This document shows, piece after piece, positions 1 through 10,411 of a DNA stretch of 64,000 nucleotides. Numbering within the stretch: position 1 is the first letter of the stretch; every line of letters starts with the position of its first letter. Position numbers and translations under genes: made by a program. Origin of the DNA: an uncultured Mycoplasmatota bacterium (lineage in GTDB: Bacteria; Bacillota_I; Bacilli_A; RF39; UBA660); assembly GCA_900545005.1 (NCBI GenBank), contig UQXO01000001.1:25602-89601 (forward strand), written 5' to 3'. Below the pieces are notes generated by a model. The model was not told the DNA's origin. It searched no databases and saw nothing but the letters and a program-made list of their open reading frames with translations.

Positions 1-290
1 CGGCAATATTAATAATTTTATCCATAATAAAAACCCACTTCCTTTTAATACTTTTAAGATATTACTACATTTTTTTCTAAATTACAAGGAGTAAATAGAA
101 GATTTTTTATTTCATGTTTACATTTAAATTTATATTACTTTCAATTAATTTAATCTATTATTGTTTTTTTCTTTTCCAGGAACAGCAACTTACTTTTTAT
201 ATTGTAAAGATAAAAAATAGCATTGATAATACTAATTACCAACACTATTCCAAAGTATATTTTTCTTTTTGAGTAATAATCAACAGAAAT

Positions 291-962
291 TTATCTATCT
301 TCACGGTCTTTTGCTGCCAAGATTAGTCTAAATATCTGCAACATTGAAGCTAAAACTCCGGCAACATAGGTTAAAGCTGCTGCAGTTAGAACTTCTTTAG
401 CGCCGGCAAACTCAGAATTATCAACGATTTTGTAATCTTGCAACTTTTCTAATGCTCTACGGGAAGCATCAAACTCGACAGGCAAAGTTACAACTTGAAA
501 TAATAAACCACAACAGGTTAGGGCGATTCCTAGGTAGATAAGTTGGAAAGCCTGCATTAAAAAGCCTATTAAAATGATATAGTAAGAAATACTTGTAGCC
601 ACGTTTACGACTGGATATATGGCACTTCTAATTTTTAAGAACGTATAAGATTCTTTGTCTTGAATAGCATGTCCACATTCATGAGCAGCCACAGCAGCCG
701 CTGCTATAGTTTCACCATGGAAAATATCAGTCGATAAGCGAACAACTTTTTTAGTAGGGTCATAATGATCAGTTAATTCCCCTTTTATTTCAACAATATA
801 AATATCTTCTAAGCCATTTTTATCTAATATTTCTCTTGCCACTTCAAAGCCAGATTTCTTCTTATTATTTTCTACTCTCTTATAACGATTATAGCTACTT
901 TGAATTTTTAACTGAGCTAGTAGAGGAATAATAATTATTAATAAAATTAGTATTGTATCCAT
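291..962 (-). CDS. Zn-dependent membrane metallopeptidase, YugP / Zn_peptidase_2 family
   Basis: 223 aa; N-terminal TM helix; HECGH (HExxH) motif; family-typical EVAREILDKNG N-terminal region. Confidence 0.7.
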   Translation of the reverse strand: MDTILILLIIIIPLLAQLKIQSSYNRYKRVENNKKKSGFEVAREILDKNGLEDIYIVEIKGELTDHYDPTKKVVRLSTDIFHGETIAAAAVAAHECGHAIQDKESYTFLKIRSAIYPVVNVATSISYYIILIGFLMQAFQLIYLGIALTCCGLLFQVVTLPVEFDASRRALEKLQDYKIVDNSEFAGAKEVLTAAALTYVAGVLASMLQIFRLILAAKDREDR

Positions 963-977
963 TGTACTCCTTTATTT

Positions 978-2288
978 CTAGATAATATTTCTATTAATTA
1001 AATCTTCGCGAATGGTATCGGCGGTATTAAAATCCTTATTTTTCTTAGCTTCTAACCAATTTTGATATAATGTTTTATCGCTAACGGTTAAGGTTGTAAA
1101 TTCATAATGAAGACCTAAAATTTTGGTAATAAGAAGGATTTTATCATAAGTAGTTGTTATGTCTTTATTACTTCTAATGTTGCTATTAAGTTCTTTTACT
1201 AATTCTAAAAGATAAGTTATTAAGTTAGGAGTATTAAAGTCTTCATCCATTATCTTATTAATGTTATCATCTTTAATTATTTTATTTGCTTCTAAGTTCT
1301 TAATTTGAATTAAGAGATTAGCTTGTTTTAAAGAATTATAAATTTTATCGTTAATAAGATTACATTCATTTAAAAGTTCTTCTTTAATATTAAATGGTAG
1401 ACGGTAATGAGTTTTAAACATAGCTAATTTAATAACATTTGGCTTATGATTTTTAATAAAGTCTTTAGCTAAAATAAAGTTTCCTAGAGATTTGCTCATC
1501 TTAACACCTTCGACATTAATATGACCATTATGTATCCAATAGTTAGCTAGGTGATTATCGTTTAGAGCCATACTTTGAGCAATTTCATTCTCGTGATGAG
1601 GAAATTTCAAATCAACTCCGCCACCGTGAATATCGATTTTAGAACCGAAAAGACTATTTATCATAACAACACATTCAGTATGCCAACCAGGGATTCCGGG
1701 TCCCCAAGGTGAGTCAAAATGTTCACCATCAAGAGATTTACGCCATAACGCAAAGTCAAGAGGGTCTTCTTTTTTTTCATCAACTTCCACACGCGCACCA
1801 CTTTCTAACTCTTCTAAAGAATTATTAGATAGGCACCCATAGTCTTTGATTTTACTAACCCGAAAATATACATCACCATCAACTTCATAAGCATAACCTT
1901 TTTCCAAAAGTTTAGTAATAAAATCATAAATATTGTTAAGATTTTCTAAAACAGTTGGGTGATAGTCAATACGGCCACACTCATAAGCTGCCAAATCATC
2001 AAGGTAAGCTTGGATAAATTTGTTAGCAACTTCTCTTTCGGTAATTTCTAAAGTCTTCGCAGCAGCAATAATCTTAGGGTTAATATCAGTAAAATTAGAG
2101 GCATATGTTACTTTGTATCCTAAATATTCTAGATAATTTCTTATCATATCAAAGGTAATTACAGGTCGCATATTGCCAATATGAACATAATTATAAACGG
2201 TTGGTCCACAAACATACATGCTTACTTGGCCTTCTTTTAGAGGCTTAAATTCTTCTAATTTATCAGTTAAGGAATTATATATACGCAT
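978..2288 (-). CDS. cysS: cysteine--tRNA ligase
   Basis: class I aaRS HIGN (YVCGPTVYNYVHIGNMRP) and KMSKS (KMSKSLGN) motifs; start moved to ATG at 2288 (MRIYNSL), 6 nt after GAAGGAGA RBS; track start 2324 has no RBS. Confidence 0.9.
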   Translation of the reverse strand: MRIYNSLTDKLEEFKPLKEGQVSMYVCGPTVYNYVHIGNMRPVITFDMIRNYLEYLGYKVTYASNFTDINPKIIAAAKTLEITEREVANKFIQAYLDDLAAYECGRIDYHPTVLENLNNIYDFITKLLEKGYAYEVDGDVYFRVSKIKDYGCLSNNSLEELESGARVEVDEKKEDPLDFALWRKSLDGEHFDSPWGPGIPGWHTECVVMINSLFGSKIDIHGGGVDLKFPHHENEIAQSMALNDNHLANYWIHNGHINVEGVKMSKSLGNFILAKDFIKNHKPNVIKLAMFKTHYRLPFNIKEELLNECNLINDKIYNSLKQANLLIQIKNLEANKIIKDDNINKIMDEDFNTPNLITYLLELVKELNSNIRSNKDITTTYDKILLITKILGLHYEFTTLTVSDKTLYQNWLEAKKNKDFNTADTIREDLINRNII

Positions 2289-2344
2289 AAAATCTCCTTC
2301 TTTCTTTTTTCTTAGGTCAATCATACCATTATTTTATGAAATTT

Positions 2345-2393
2345 AAAAGAAAAAGTGTTATTTATACCCAAAATTCGGTATGATAACACTTTA
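2345..2393 (-). terminator. rho-independent terminator after FemAB-family gene (nested hairpin)
   Basis: minus-strand transcript AAAGTGTTAT-[21 nt loop with inner ATACC/GGTAT stem]-ATAACACTTT followed by TTTCTTTT; outer stem includes the TAA stop. Confidence 0.55.
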
Positions 2394-3614
2394 CTTACGA
2401 AGTCCATAAATAATTTTTTTAAAGTTACGATAAATAGCAAAACCGTACTTGTAGAAAAGGAAAAATGGATAGTCTATAACTAAATCAAATTCCCCAATAT
2501 ATTCGATTACAAAGCCACCATAACCACGCTTATATTCATAAACCCCATATTCTTTAGAGCCTGGTTTAAAATCACCCGAAATACCACCAAAGTCATAAAA
2601 GTCTTTTTTCTTTTCGATGGCATACTTTATCATTTCTTCTTGCATCTTATAAGGAGCCATAAAAGGAAAATATTTCGAATAAGTACCACCATAAACATAA
2701 TTTAAACGGTCTTTATCTTCAATGAAAACCCCGGCACTTAATGGTATTAAAGCTCTTTTGTCATTTTTAATATCAGCTACCATGTCTTCATCTAATTTAT
2801 AAGTCCCAGTAGCAAGCCCTTCCAAAAGTTTTTCCTTATCTAAATAGATTAGACACATACGAATAATGCTTTTTAACTCAGTTTTTAAGTTCTCATAATA
2901 TTTTAATGTACGATCACCGTGGTGTTGCCTTTCGGCAGTACTCTCCATAATATCCTTGAAATCTTTAATTGAAATATCATCAACATCTTTTAAAATCAAA
3001 GGATATTTATCCGCTTTTTTAAGACTTCTTTTGCAGCGACTATTCATATCAGTCATTAAATCATTGAATTCTTTATCTTTTATATCTAAAGCATAAGACC
3101 AACGGAATTGAGCTTCATTGGTATAACCAATTGTAAAGCCACGGTGTTTAGCGCCTTGCTTCTTTAGAAAATCAATAAATTCTTGGTTATTATTTTCACT
3201 AACGACATTACCATCTTTATCATGGTCTTGGTAAGTTATCATCGGGTCAAATTTAAAAGTAAATCCTTTTTGAGTCTTTAGATATTTTTTTACTTCTCGA
3301 AGATAAAAAGCAAAAACTTCTTTAATATCAACTTCTTCTTTAACAAGTGGTCCTCTAGGTGCGTAATAAAGATACTTATTAAAAATTTTCTTTCCTAGAA
3401 TCAAACTGGCTAAGATAGGTTTATTATCTTGATAAACTGCTGTATAAAGATGAATCCACCCATTGGCTTCTTTTACTTGAGCCCAAGCGGCGTTCTGATA
3501 AAAGTTATAATTAAATTCTTTGACAATTTTTTGAAATTCTTTTTCTTCAATTACTTTAAATAACAAATTACTCTCTCCTTTAGACATTGAAACGGAATAA
3601 AACGATATCGCCAT
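2391..3614 (-). CDS. FemAB-family aminoacyltransferase (peptidoglycan interpeptide bridge formation)
   Basis: 407 aa; Fem-like N-terminal and C-terminal lobes with central coiled-coil segment; start uncertain because 3614 overlaps the ychF 3' end by 35 nt (alternative ATG at 3587). Confidence 0.7.
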   Translation of the reverse strand: MAISFYSVSMSKGESNLLFKVIEEKEFQKIVKEFNYNFYQNAAWAQVKEANGWIHLYTAVYQDNKPILASLILGKKIFNKYLYYAPRGPLVKEEVDIKEVFAFYLREVKKYLKTQKGFTFKFDPMITYQDHDKDGNVVSENNNQEFIDFLKKQGAKHRGFTIGYTNEAQFRWSYALDIKDKEFNDLMTDMNSRCKRSLKKADKYPLILKDVDDISIKDFKDIMESTAERQHHGDRTLKYYENLKTELKSIIRMCLIYLDKEKLLEGLATGTYKLDEDMVADIKNDKRALIPLSAGVFIEDKDRLNYVYGGTYSKYFPFMAPYKMQEEMIKYAIEKKKDFYDFGGISGDFKPGSKEYGVYEYKRGYGGFVIEYIGEFDLVIDYPFFLFYKYGFAIYRNFKKIIYGLRK

Positions 3615-4680
3615 CTTGCATAATGTATTCTTTACCTTCTAAGCGTAATTTTCCGGCTTCTTGAACGGCTTTTTCACTTCCTAAAGCTTCTAGGTCATCA
3701 AAACTTGTAACTTCTGCTTTGATAAATCCTCTTTGGAAATCACTATGAATTAAACCAGCACATTCCGGAGCTTTCATACCTTTTTTAAATGTCCACGCAC
3801 GGCATTCGTCTTTACCAACTGTAAAGAAGGTTTGAAGTCCTAGAAGATGGTAAGTAGCAAAGATTAGTTTATCTAAACCACTACTAGCGATTCCTAATTC
3901 AGCTAGAAAAGCCTTTTTATCATCATCATTATACTCTGCTAATTCGCTTTCCATTTTAGCACACATAACAACGACACTAGCATCATCATTTTTAGCATAC
4001 TCTTCTACTTGATTTGTATACACATTTTTACCAACAACAGCATCATCTTCAGAAACATTAGCGGCATAAATGATTGGTTTTAAGGTAATAAGATTAAAGT
4101 TTTTTAGGACTAATAATTCATCTTCATCAAATTCAACTCTTCTTAAAGGAATATTATTCATTAAATTTTCTTCACATTTCTTTAAGGTATTATATTCCAT
4201 AAGACTTTCTTTGTCTTTAGTAGTCATGGCTTTCTTTTCAATTTTACCAATGCGACTAGTGATAATTTCTAAATCAGATAAAATTAATTCTACATTAATG
4301 ATTTCGATATCACGGATAGAGTCAGTCTTACCTTCAACATGAATAATATCGGTATCATCAAAGCAACGAACAACTTCAACAAGACAATCGCATTCACGGA
4401 TATGGGAAAGAAACTTATTGCCAAGGCCTTCACCTTTAGCAGCTCCTTTTACAAGTCCCGCTATATCGGTAAACTCAAAAGTAGTGGGAATAGTTCTGGT
4501 TGGGAGATACATATTTTCTAAGAATTCTAATCTTGTATCAGGGACCGTTACCACTCCAACATTAGGTTCAATGGTTGCAAACGGATAGTTAGCAGCTAAG
4601 ATATTTTTTTTCGTAATAGCATTAAATAAGGTTGATTTACCAACATTTGGTAATCCAACAATGCCAGCTTTTAAAGACAT
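3580..4680 (-). CDS. ychF: ribosome-binding ATPase YchF (Obg-family GTPase)
   Basis: GIVGLPNVGKSTLFNA P-loop at N-terminus, TGS-like C-terminus; track ORF N-terminally extended, true start ATG 4680 (MSLKAG) preceded by AAGGAAG RBS. Confidence 0.9.
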   Translation of the reverse strand: MSLKAGIVGLPNVGKSTLFNAITKKNILAANYPFATIEPNVGVVTVPDTRLEFLENMYLPTRTIPTTFEFTDIAGLVKGAAKGEGLGNKFLSHIRECDCLVEVVRCFDDTDIIHVEGKTDSIRDIEIINVELILSDLEIITSRIGKIEKKAMTTKDKESLMEYNTLKKCEENLMNNIPLRRVEFDEDELLVLKNFNLITLKPIIYAANVSEDDAVVGKNVYTNQVEEYAKNDDASVVVMCAKMESELAEYNDDDKKAFLAELGIASSGLDKLIFATYHLLGLQTFFTVGKDECRAWTFKKGMKAPECAGLIHSDFQRGFIKAEVTSFDDLEALGSEKAVQEAGKLRLEGKEYIMQDGDIVLFRFNV

Positions 4681-5025
4681 AATAACACTTCCTTCTTGAT
4701 AATTATAATTAAAATAAGATAAAAAGGCAAATGATTTAAGGCTTTTTCTAAAATTATTTACTAACTCAAAGAGTTTTAATAATCTGGCTAATAAATAATC
4801 GCTAATATTTGTTATTTTAGAGATTTTATCTATTTTTAACACTTTTTTGTATGGTTATGACTTAGTCTGCATAACCGAATGACTGATAATGTTTTCTTGC
4901 AAACGTATTACTAATCATAATGATTATTTCTAAATAATATGGTTTTTAGCTTTTAAAATTTCTAAGTCTTCTTGTGATAGTTTTGGTCATGTTTTTATAA
5001 AAAAGACTTAGCTTTGATGCTAAAT

Positions 5026-6561
5026 CTAAATCGTAGGCATAACCCCTATACCAATTGGTAAACCAACTAAGTACCAAATTATTAAGATAATTAATAAGAT
5101 AACCCCAGTTGCTAAAGCATATTTCTTTTGATAATTTAAAATCTTAAAGACTCCAATTGGATTATCAGCAGTATTATATTTTTCCATGTAAGCAAGATAA
5201 ATAACAAAGTAAGCCATAATAGGAGTAAGTCCATAAGTCATACCTTCAGCAAATCGAAAAATCACTTGGATAAATTCAGCGCTGAAACCAACATTCATCA
5301 AAGTAGGGACACAACTTGCGGAAAGAATGGTCCATTTGTTTACTGTATTTGGCAAGAAAAAAGTTGCCACTGCTGTTCCAATAAAGAACAAGACTAATAA
5401 AGGTATTCCTGTAAATTTACAATTAGTTATTAGGTTTCCAATAAGTGCTGTAATAACGGTACCGATATTGGACTTTTTAAAGACATTGACTAGGATTGAT
5501 GATAATAATATCAAAATAATTGTACGGCCAATGCCATCTAAGGAATGGGTTAAATAATCACAGAAGTCATTACTATTCTTAATACTACGAGATCCCAAGC
5601 CATAAAATAAGCCAAGAATCACAAAGAGAATTGTTACGATGAAGACAAATCCTTGTGAGAAGAAAGAGTCTGGATTAAATAATTTATCAATATAAAGTTT
5701 CTGTGAATAATCAAGAAGATTACCGCTTAACGGAAGACCAGGAATAATATTGTAGATAAAGATTAGCAAGTAAATAATTCCAAAAGTTCCAGCAAAAATC
5801 AATCCTCTTATATCTCTTTTAGCTAACTTGAAGTCCTTTTTATCATCTTTAAACTCATACTTAGGTAATTCATTGACACTGAAACGTTCAGATATATAGG
5901 TTATCAAAGCGGCAATTGCCAAGATAGCAACAACCATAATAATAAAATAGCCTAAATAGGTGAAAGTATAAGAAGAGTCTAAAATACGTGATGACTCCAA
6001 AGTCAAAGCATCTAAACTAGAATCGATACTAGTCTTAAAGAAGCTTAACCCTGTGCCACAAGTTAACGCGGCAAAGCTGATGACAATACCTAGAAGAGGA
6101 TTTCTCCTTCCGTAGTAGAATAGCAATGCACTTAAAGGTATCATAACCACATAAGCCAAATCACCACCAATAGAAAGGATAATACAGATTAAGGCTAGAA
6201 CAAAAGTAAGCGTTTTCTTTTGACATTTTCTAGTTATTAGAGAAAAAGTTGTCTTAAGGAAACCACTCTTATCCATAATACCGATACCAATCAAAATGAT
6301 AATTAACATTGATAAAGGAGTAAAGGCTGCAAAGTTAGAAACAGTTGATTGGAAAATATATTTAATGCCACGAAGATTAAACAAAGATTCAACAGCAACC
6401 CAGTTCGATTCATAAGTACTATTTTTAATAGTATCATAAGAAGCACCTACTCCAAATAAAGCAAGAACACCACTTAAAACGATTGTTACTACTATTAAAA
6501 TCATCAAAGTCATTATGGGATTTAAGGAAACTTTATTTTTCTTATTTGACATCGCTATCAC
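5026..6561 (-). CDS. AbgT/YfcC-type multi-TM membrane transporter
   Basis: 511 aa, many predicted TM helices with two hairpin-like repeats; size and hydropathy pattern fit AbgT-family; family assignment from memory only. Confidence 0.45.
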   Translation of the reverse strand: MIAMSNKKNKVSLNPIMTLMILIVVTIVLSGVLALFGVGASYDTIKNSTYESNWVAVESLFNLRGIKYIFQSTVSNFAAFTPLSMLIIILIGIGIMDKSGFLKTTFSLITRKCQKKTLTFVLALICIILSIGGDLAYVVMIPLSALLFYYGRRNPLLGIVISFAALTCGTGLSFFKTSIDSSLDALTLESSRILDSSYTFTYLGYFIIMVVAILAIAALITYISERFSVNELPKYEFKDDKKDFKLAKRDIRGLIFAGTFGIIYLLIFIYNIIPGLPLSGNLLDYSQKLYIDKLFNPDSFFSQGFVFIVTILFVILGLFYGLGSRSIKNSNDFCDYLTHSLDGIGRTIILILLSSILVNVFKKSNIGTVITALIGNLITNCKFTGIPLLVLFFIGTAVATFFLPNTVNKWTILSASCVPTLMNVGFSAEFIQVIFRFAEGMTYGLTPIMAYFVIYLAYMEKYNTADNPIGVFKILNYQKKYALATGVILLIILIIWYLVGLPIGIGVMPTI

Positions 6562-6739
6562 CTAATACTTTCTTCAGTTTTTTATTAAATTCCAAACGGT
6601 CCATCATAATTTCATGACCGCAGTTAACACATTTTATTTTGATATCGACACCAACTCTAGTTACCTTAAAGAGATTAGTCCCGCAAGCGTGTTGTTTTTT
6701 CATCACAACTTGATCATTTAATTTATATGTTTTGTCCAT
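6542..6739 (-). CDS. DUF951-family small protein (YyzM-like)
   Basis: 65 aa with CG...CxxCG pattern; conserved position between mscS-like gene and ychF as in Bacillus origin-proximal region. Confidence 0.55.
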   Translation of the reverse strand: MDKTYKLNDQVVMKKQHACGTNLFKVTRVGVDIKIKCVNCGHEIMMDRLEFNKKLKKVLGDSDVK

Positions 6740-7547
6740 TATGCACCTCTATTTGTGGATATGGTATCTTAATATTATCTTTTTCAAAGGCATTTTTAAC
6801 TATTCTCAAAGCGTCTCTTTTCACTTGCCATTGCTTATCAGGTTGACAATCAACCTTTACTAAGTAAACAACTGAACTATCGCCTAGAGAACTAACGCCT
6901 AAGTAACTAGCTGATTTTTTAATCGCATAATTAATCTTTTCTAATTCTGGTAAAATTTTAGCGATGGTGGCTTCTACTTTTTCAGTTGGTTCTTCATAAG
7001 CAACATTTAATTCTAAGTAAACATTTTGCTTAGCCTGAGACATATTGATTATCTGATTAACATTGCGGTTAGCAATAATTAATATTTCTCCCGTATACTT
7101 TTTTATTTTGGTACTTTTTAAGCCTAGTTCAATGACTTCACCGGTAAAATCGCCATAAGTAACCATATCTCCAACTACATAGTAATTTTCTAAAATAATA
7201 CAAATTCCACCGATAAAATCCTTAAGTGTATCTTGGAAAGCCAAGCCGATAACAGCTGATAAAACTCCTAAGCCGGCAATAATAGATTTTGTATCTATTC
7301 CATAAGCTTCTAAAATAATAACAATAACTATAACAATTATAATGTATTTAAAGATGTTAGATACTAAATCAATAATAGTTCTTTTCTTTTTCTGATCATA
7401 AGTATTTTTATTTTCTTTAAATTTCATTAGTCTTTTTAAGGCATTGTTAACACCATGGCAAGCTAAGACTCCTAAGAAAATGGAGATAATAGGAGTATAA
7501 ACTTGTTTAGCAGCGAAAAATTTAAAAATTGTTTCTAATATTTTCAT
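6723..7547 (-). CDS. small-conductance mechanosensitive channel (MscS family)
   Basis: 3 N-terminal TM helices; GLAFQDTLKDFIGG...VGDMVTYGDFTGEVIELGLKSTKIK core typical of MscS. Confidence 0.75.
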   Translation of the reverse strand: MKILETIFKFFAAKQVYTPIISIFLGVLACHGVNNALKRLMKFKENKNTYDQKKKRTIIDLVSNIFKYIIIVIVIVIILEAYGIDTKSIIAGLGVLSAVIGLAFQDTLKDFIGGICIILENYYVVGDMVTYGDFTGEVIELGLKSTKIKKYTGEILIIANRNVNQIINMSQAKQNVYLELNVAYEEPTEKVEATIAKILPELEKINYAIKKSASYLGVSSLGDSSVVYLVKVDCQPDKQWQVKRDALRIVKNAFEKDNIKIPYPQIEVHNGQNI

Positions 7548-7552
7548 AAGTA

Positions 7553-8458
7553 TTATCCTTCAATTCTGATATCCAATAATTCTAAAATTCTTTGAAGTTC
7601 TAATTGCGAAGAAAAAGGTATTTCTATCTTTTTATTAGTAATTTTAACTTTAGTCCCTAACTTTTCACGCATAGCATCCTCATAGATATGATTTGGATTT
7701 ATAGTATCATATTGTTTAAAGAAATTATCATCATTTTGTAAGTTTTGTTTTTCTTCTTGTTCATGGATATCTCTAGTTATGTTTTCAATGGCACGAACAT
7801 TTAGTCCTTCGGTAACTATTTTGTTAGCCAGACGATTGATTTGATTATTATCTTCTAACTTGGATAAAGCTCTAGCATGAGACATAGATAGTTTATTATC
7901 TTCCACATACTTTTTAGTATCATCAGGAAGTCTTAATAAGCCAAGACTATTAGTAATATAACTACGACTTTTACCAAATTTTTTAGCTAGTTCTTCTTGG
8001 GTAATATTACTACTTCTTAGAATACTATCGTAAGCCATCGCCTCTTCAATGGGATTTAAGTTTTCTCTTTGAATGTTTTCAATCAAAGCAATTTCCATCA
8101 TTTCTTCATCATCAAAGTCTTTAACTATTGCTGGGACAGTTTCTAATCCGGCAATCTTAGCGGCTTTAGTACGACGCTCACCGGCTACTAACTCATAACC
8201 CTTAATACTTTTCTTAACTATAATTGGTTGAACGATACCATGTTCTTTAATAGAAGATGCTAATTCATTTAAGGCTTCTTCGTCAAAAATTTTACGAGGT
8301 TGATAAGGATTAGAACGGATATCAGTAATTTTTATTTGAACTATCTCATTTGGTTTAGCTTCTTCTACTAGTCCTTTTTCAAAATTGTCAAAGTCAATGC
8401 GTTCATTAGTAAATAATTGTTCTAAACCTTTTCCTAAAGCTTTTCTCTTAGTTTCCAT
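7553..8458 (-). CDS. parB: chromosome partitioning protein ParB/Spo0J
   Basis: ParB box GERRTKAAKIAGL, HTH and C-terminal dimerisation region; 11-nt overlap with parA. Confidence 0.9.
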   Translation of the reverse strand: METKRKALGKGLEQLFTNERIDFDNFEKGLVEEAKPNEIVQIKITDIRSNPYQPRKIFDEEALNELASSIKEHGIVQPIIVKKSIKGYELVAGERRTKAAKIAGLETVPAIVKDFDDEEMMEIALIENIQRENLNPIEEAMAYDSILRSSNITQEELAKKFGKSRSYITNSLGLLRLPDDTKKYVEDNKLSMSHARALSKLEDNNQINRLANKIVTEGLNVRAIENITRDIHEQEEKQNLQNDDNFFKQYDTINPNHIYEDAMREKLGTKVKITNKKIEIPFSSQLELQRILELLDIRIEG

Positions 8459-9233
8459 CTCTACTAATAACCTCCTTTGCTAAGTTTTGATAAGCAAGTG
8501 TTGCTCTGCTATCTGGATCATAATCACTAATTGGTTTCCCATGACTTGGGGCTTCAACTAATCTTACTAATCTGGGAATAATGGTATTAAAGACTTTATT
8601 CTTAAAATAGCCTCTAATTTCTTCAATTACTTCTAAACCGATATTAGTACGACCATCAAGCATAGTAAGTAAGACTCCTTCTATTCTTAAACCAGGGTTC
8701 ATATTTGATTGAACCATTATAATAGAGTTAAGCAACTGCGTAATCCCCTCTAAAGCAAAAAATTCACATTGAACGGGAATAATAACCGAGTTGCTAGCAA
8801 CTAAAGCATTCATAGTAGTAATTCCTAAAGATGGCTGACAATCTATTATTATATAATCATAAAGATTCATTAATGGTTCTAGGCTTAATTTAAGCTGTTC
8901 GTTCTGACGAAAATTAGAATCTTCAAGCATAGCTTTAACAAATTCGACATCAACACCAGCTAAATTCAATGTTGCGGGAATCATCGAAAGATTTTTAAAT
9001 TTCGTTTTAATAACCGCACTTTTAACATCGCAAGCTCCAGTCATAACATCATAAATATCGTGCTTAATATCACTATTATTTATACCTAACCCCGTAGTTG
9101 CATTTCCTTGAGGGTCTAAGTCGATTAGTAAAGTGTTTTTACCTTCTTTTCCAAGGGCTGCGGATAAATTTATACTGGAAGTTGTTTTGCCAACGCCTCC
9201 TTTTTGATTAACTAATGCAATAATTTTTGTCAT
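8448..9233 (-). CDS. parA: chromosome partitioning ATPase ParA/Soj
   Basis: deviant Walker A KGGVGKTT near N-terminus; 261 aa. Confidence 0.9.
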   Translation of the reverse strand: MTKIIALVNQKGGVGKTTSSINLSAALGKEGKNTLLIDLDPQGNATTGLGINNSDIKHDIYDVMTGACDVKSAVIKTKFKNLSMIPATLNLAGVDVEFVKAMLEDSNFRQNEQLKLSLEPLMNLYDYIIIDCQPSLGITTMNALVASNSVIIPVQCEFFALEGITQLLNSIIMVQSNMNPGLRIEGVLLTMLDGRTNIGLEVIEEIRGYFKNKVFNTIIPRLVRLVEAPSHGKPISDYDPDSRATLAYQNLAKEVISRDGN

Positions 9234-9317
9234 TCTAATACCACCTTTGTCAATAATTCTGCTATTTCATTTTATCATATAAATATTATTTTGTCTTATA
9301 TTTTTAATTTTATTACC

Positions 9318-10277
9318 CTAATCGCCAGTTTTTAAAGCTTCTAAATATTTAGTAATTATCTCATTAATTTTAGGGATTGATAATCCATCAATTCTAAAGC
9401 CAGCTGCTCTTTTATGACCACCACCAGTTGGTTCAAATTCTTGAGCAACAAGACCAAGATCATAATTATCGTTATTTATTCTTAACGAACAAGTCATCCG
9501 ATAAAAGTTAATAATCAAGGCAAAAGAAGCCTCTGGATATTTTAACATTAATTCGTGGCCTACTGTTGAGCGATATTTTTCCCCAATAGATACTGCTATC
9601 TTGTAATTTTGATACTCAATTAATCTAGATTTTTCTAAATAATTTTTTACAGCCATCTCTTTATCTTGATTTTGCTTATTAACGATATCTAAATACTCTT
9701 TAGGCAAATGAAAATCCTTTGTATAATCTAACGAACTTAATAAATCAATGAAAGACTCTGCTCCTAAAAAAGCATGTAATGTAGCTAAATCAGGTCCAAG
9801 AGTATTATTAGTTTCTTCAAAGGTCCAAGTATCTTGACGTCTAATGGCTTCTACTAACTTTTGAAAGAAAAGACTATTTAAGAAGTCACTATTAGGTAAA
9901 GTTAATAAATAATTATAGAATAATTCTGTAGCACTAGTTAAATGCCCATCCCAAGTAATAACCTCATTAACGAATGGATATTTATTCTTTTCTACTTCCG
10001 ATTCATGGTGATCGAAGTTCTTAATTTTTAATGCTAAGTCTGGATGATCTAAACAATACTTCAAATTTTTATCATTAAACCCTAAATCACAAATATAAAT
10101 TGTATCATAATTATGGTAGTCAATATCAGTCTCTAAGTCAAAATCATGATTATTATCCGCTAATAAATAATCAAATTCTTTAAAATAGTATTTTCCTAAT
10201 ATTATAGAGCCCATTCCATCTATATCAGCATAATGACTAATAATCAAAATTTTATTATTATTAATTTTTTTTAACAT
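9318..10277 (-). CDS. DHH/DHHA1 phosphoesterase (NrnA-like oligoribonuclease / pAp phosphatase)
   Basis: DHH motif (NFDHHE) and DHHA1 GGGHKRAAG motif. Confidence 0.7.
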   Translation of the reverse strand: MLKKINNNKILIISHYADIDGMGSIILGKYYFKEFDYLLADNNHDFDLETDIDYHNYDTIYICDLGFNDKNLKYCLDHPDLALKIKNFDHHESEVEKNKYPFVNEVITWDGHLTSATELFYNYLLTLPNSDFLNSLFFQKLVEAIRRQDTWTFEETNNTLGPDLATLHAFLGAESFIDLLSSLDYTKDFHLPKEYLDIVNKQNQDKEMAVKNYLEKSRLIEYQNYKIAVSIGEKYRSTVGHELMLKYPEASFALIINFYRMTCSLRINNDNYDLGLVAQEFEPTGGGHKRAAGFRIDGLSIPKINEIITKYLEALKTGD

Positions 10278-10411
10278 CTTATCCCAGCTTTCCTTTTTCT
10301 AATAAGAGTATAACATTTCTCTTAATATATGTAAATTAAGGTCTTAGCTTTTTTCTATAGTTTTGCAAGAAAAAAACGACATAAAGTTTCATCTTCACAT
10401 CGTTTGTCTTT

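Noticed and set aside
114-280. Small + strand ORF (MFTFKF...) in the first 290 bp
   Set aside because: AAGGAG lies 22 nt from the ATG (too far); low-complexity translation; region more likely the promoter/leader downstream context of the yugP-like gene
2325-2390. T-box riboswitch leader upstream of cysS
   Set aside because: Only about 100 nt separate femAB stop and cysS start and most of it is the femAB terminator hairpin; no room for specifier loop/antiterminator (about 250 nt needed) and no T-box consensus (AATTAGGGTGGNACCGCG) seen
4070-4521. Track ORFs 4070..4342(+) and 4339..4521(+) antisense to ychF
   Set aside because: Lie entirely inside the strongly supported ychF CDS on the opposite strand; low-complexity translations; typical AT-rich antisense artefacts. 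Same judgement for 5327..5557, 12353..12670, 12357..12551, 17693..17875, 21351..21755, 23864..24109, 26668..26859, 41628..41825, 45285..45476, 48073..48258, 50613..51014, 50761..50964, 51417..51638, 52138..52425, 57395..57826, 58337..58591, 60223..60417, 63470..63655
3580-4842. 420-aa version of ychF from the ORF track
   Set aside because: N-terminal 54 codons lack RBS and homology; canonical YchF starts at MSLKAG with the P-loop at residues 9-16 and a good RBS, so start moved to 4680
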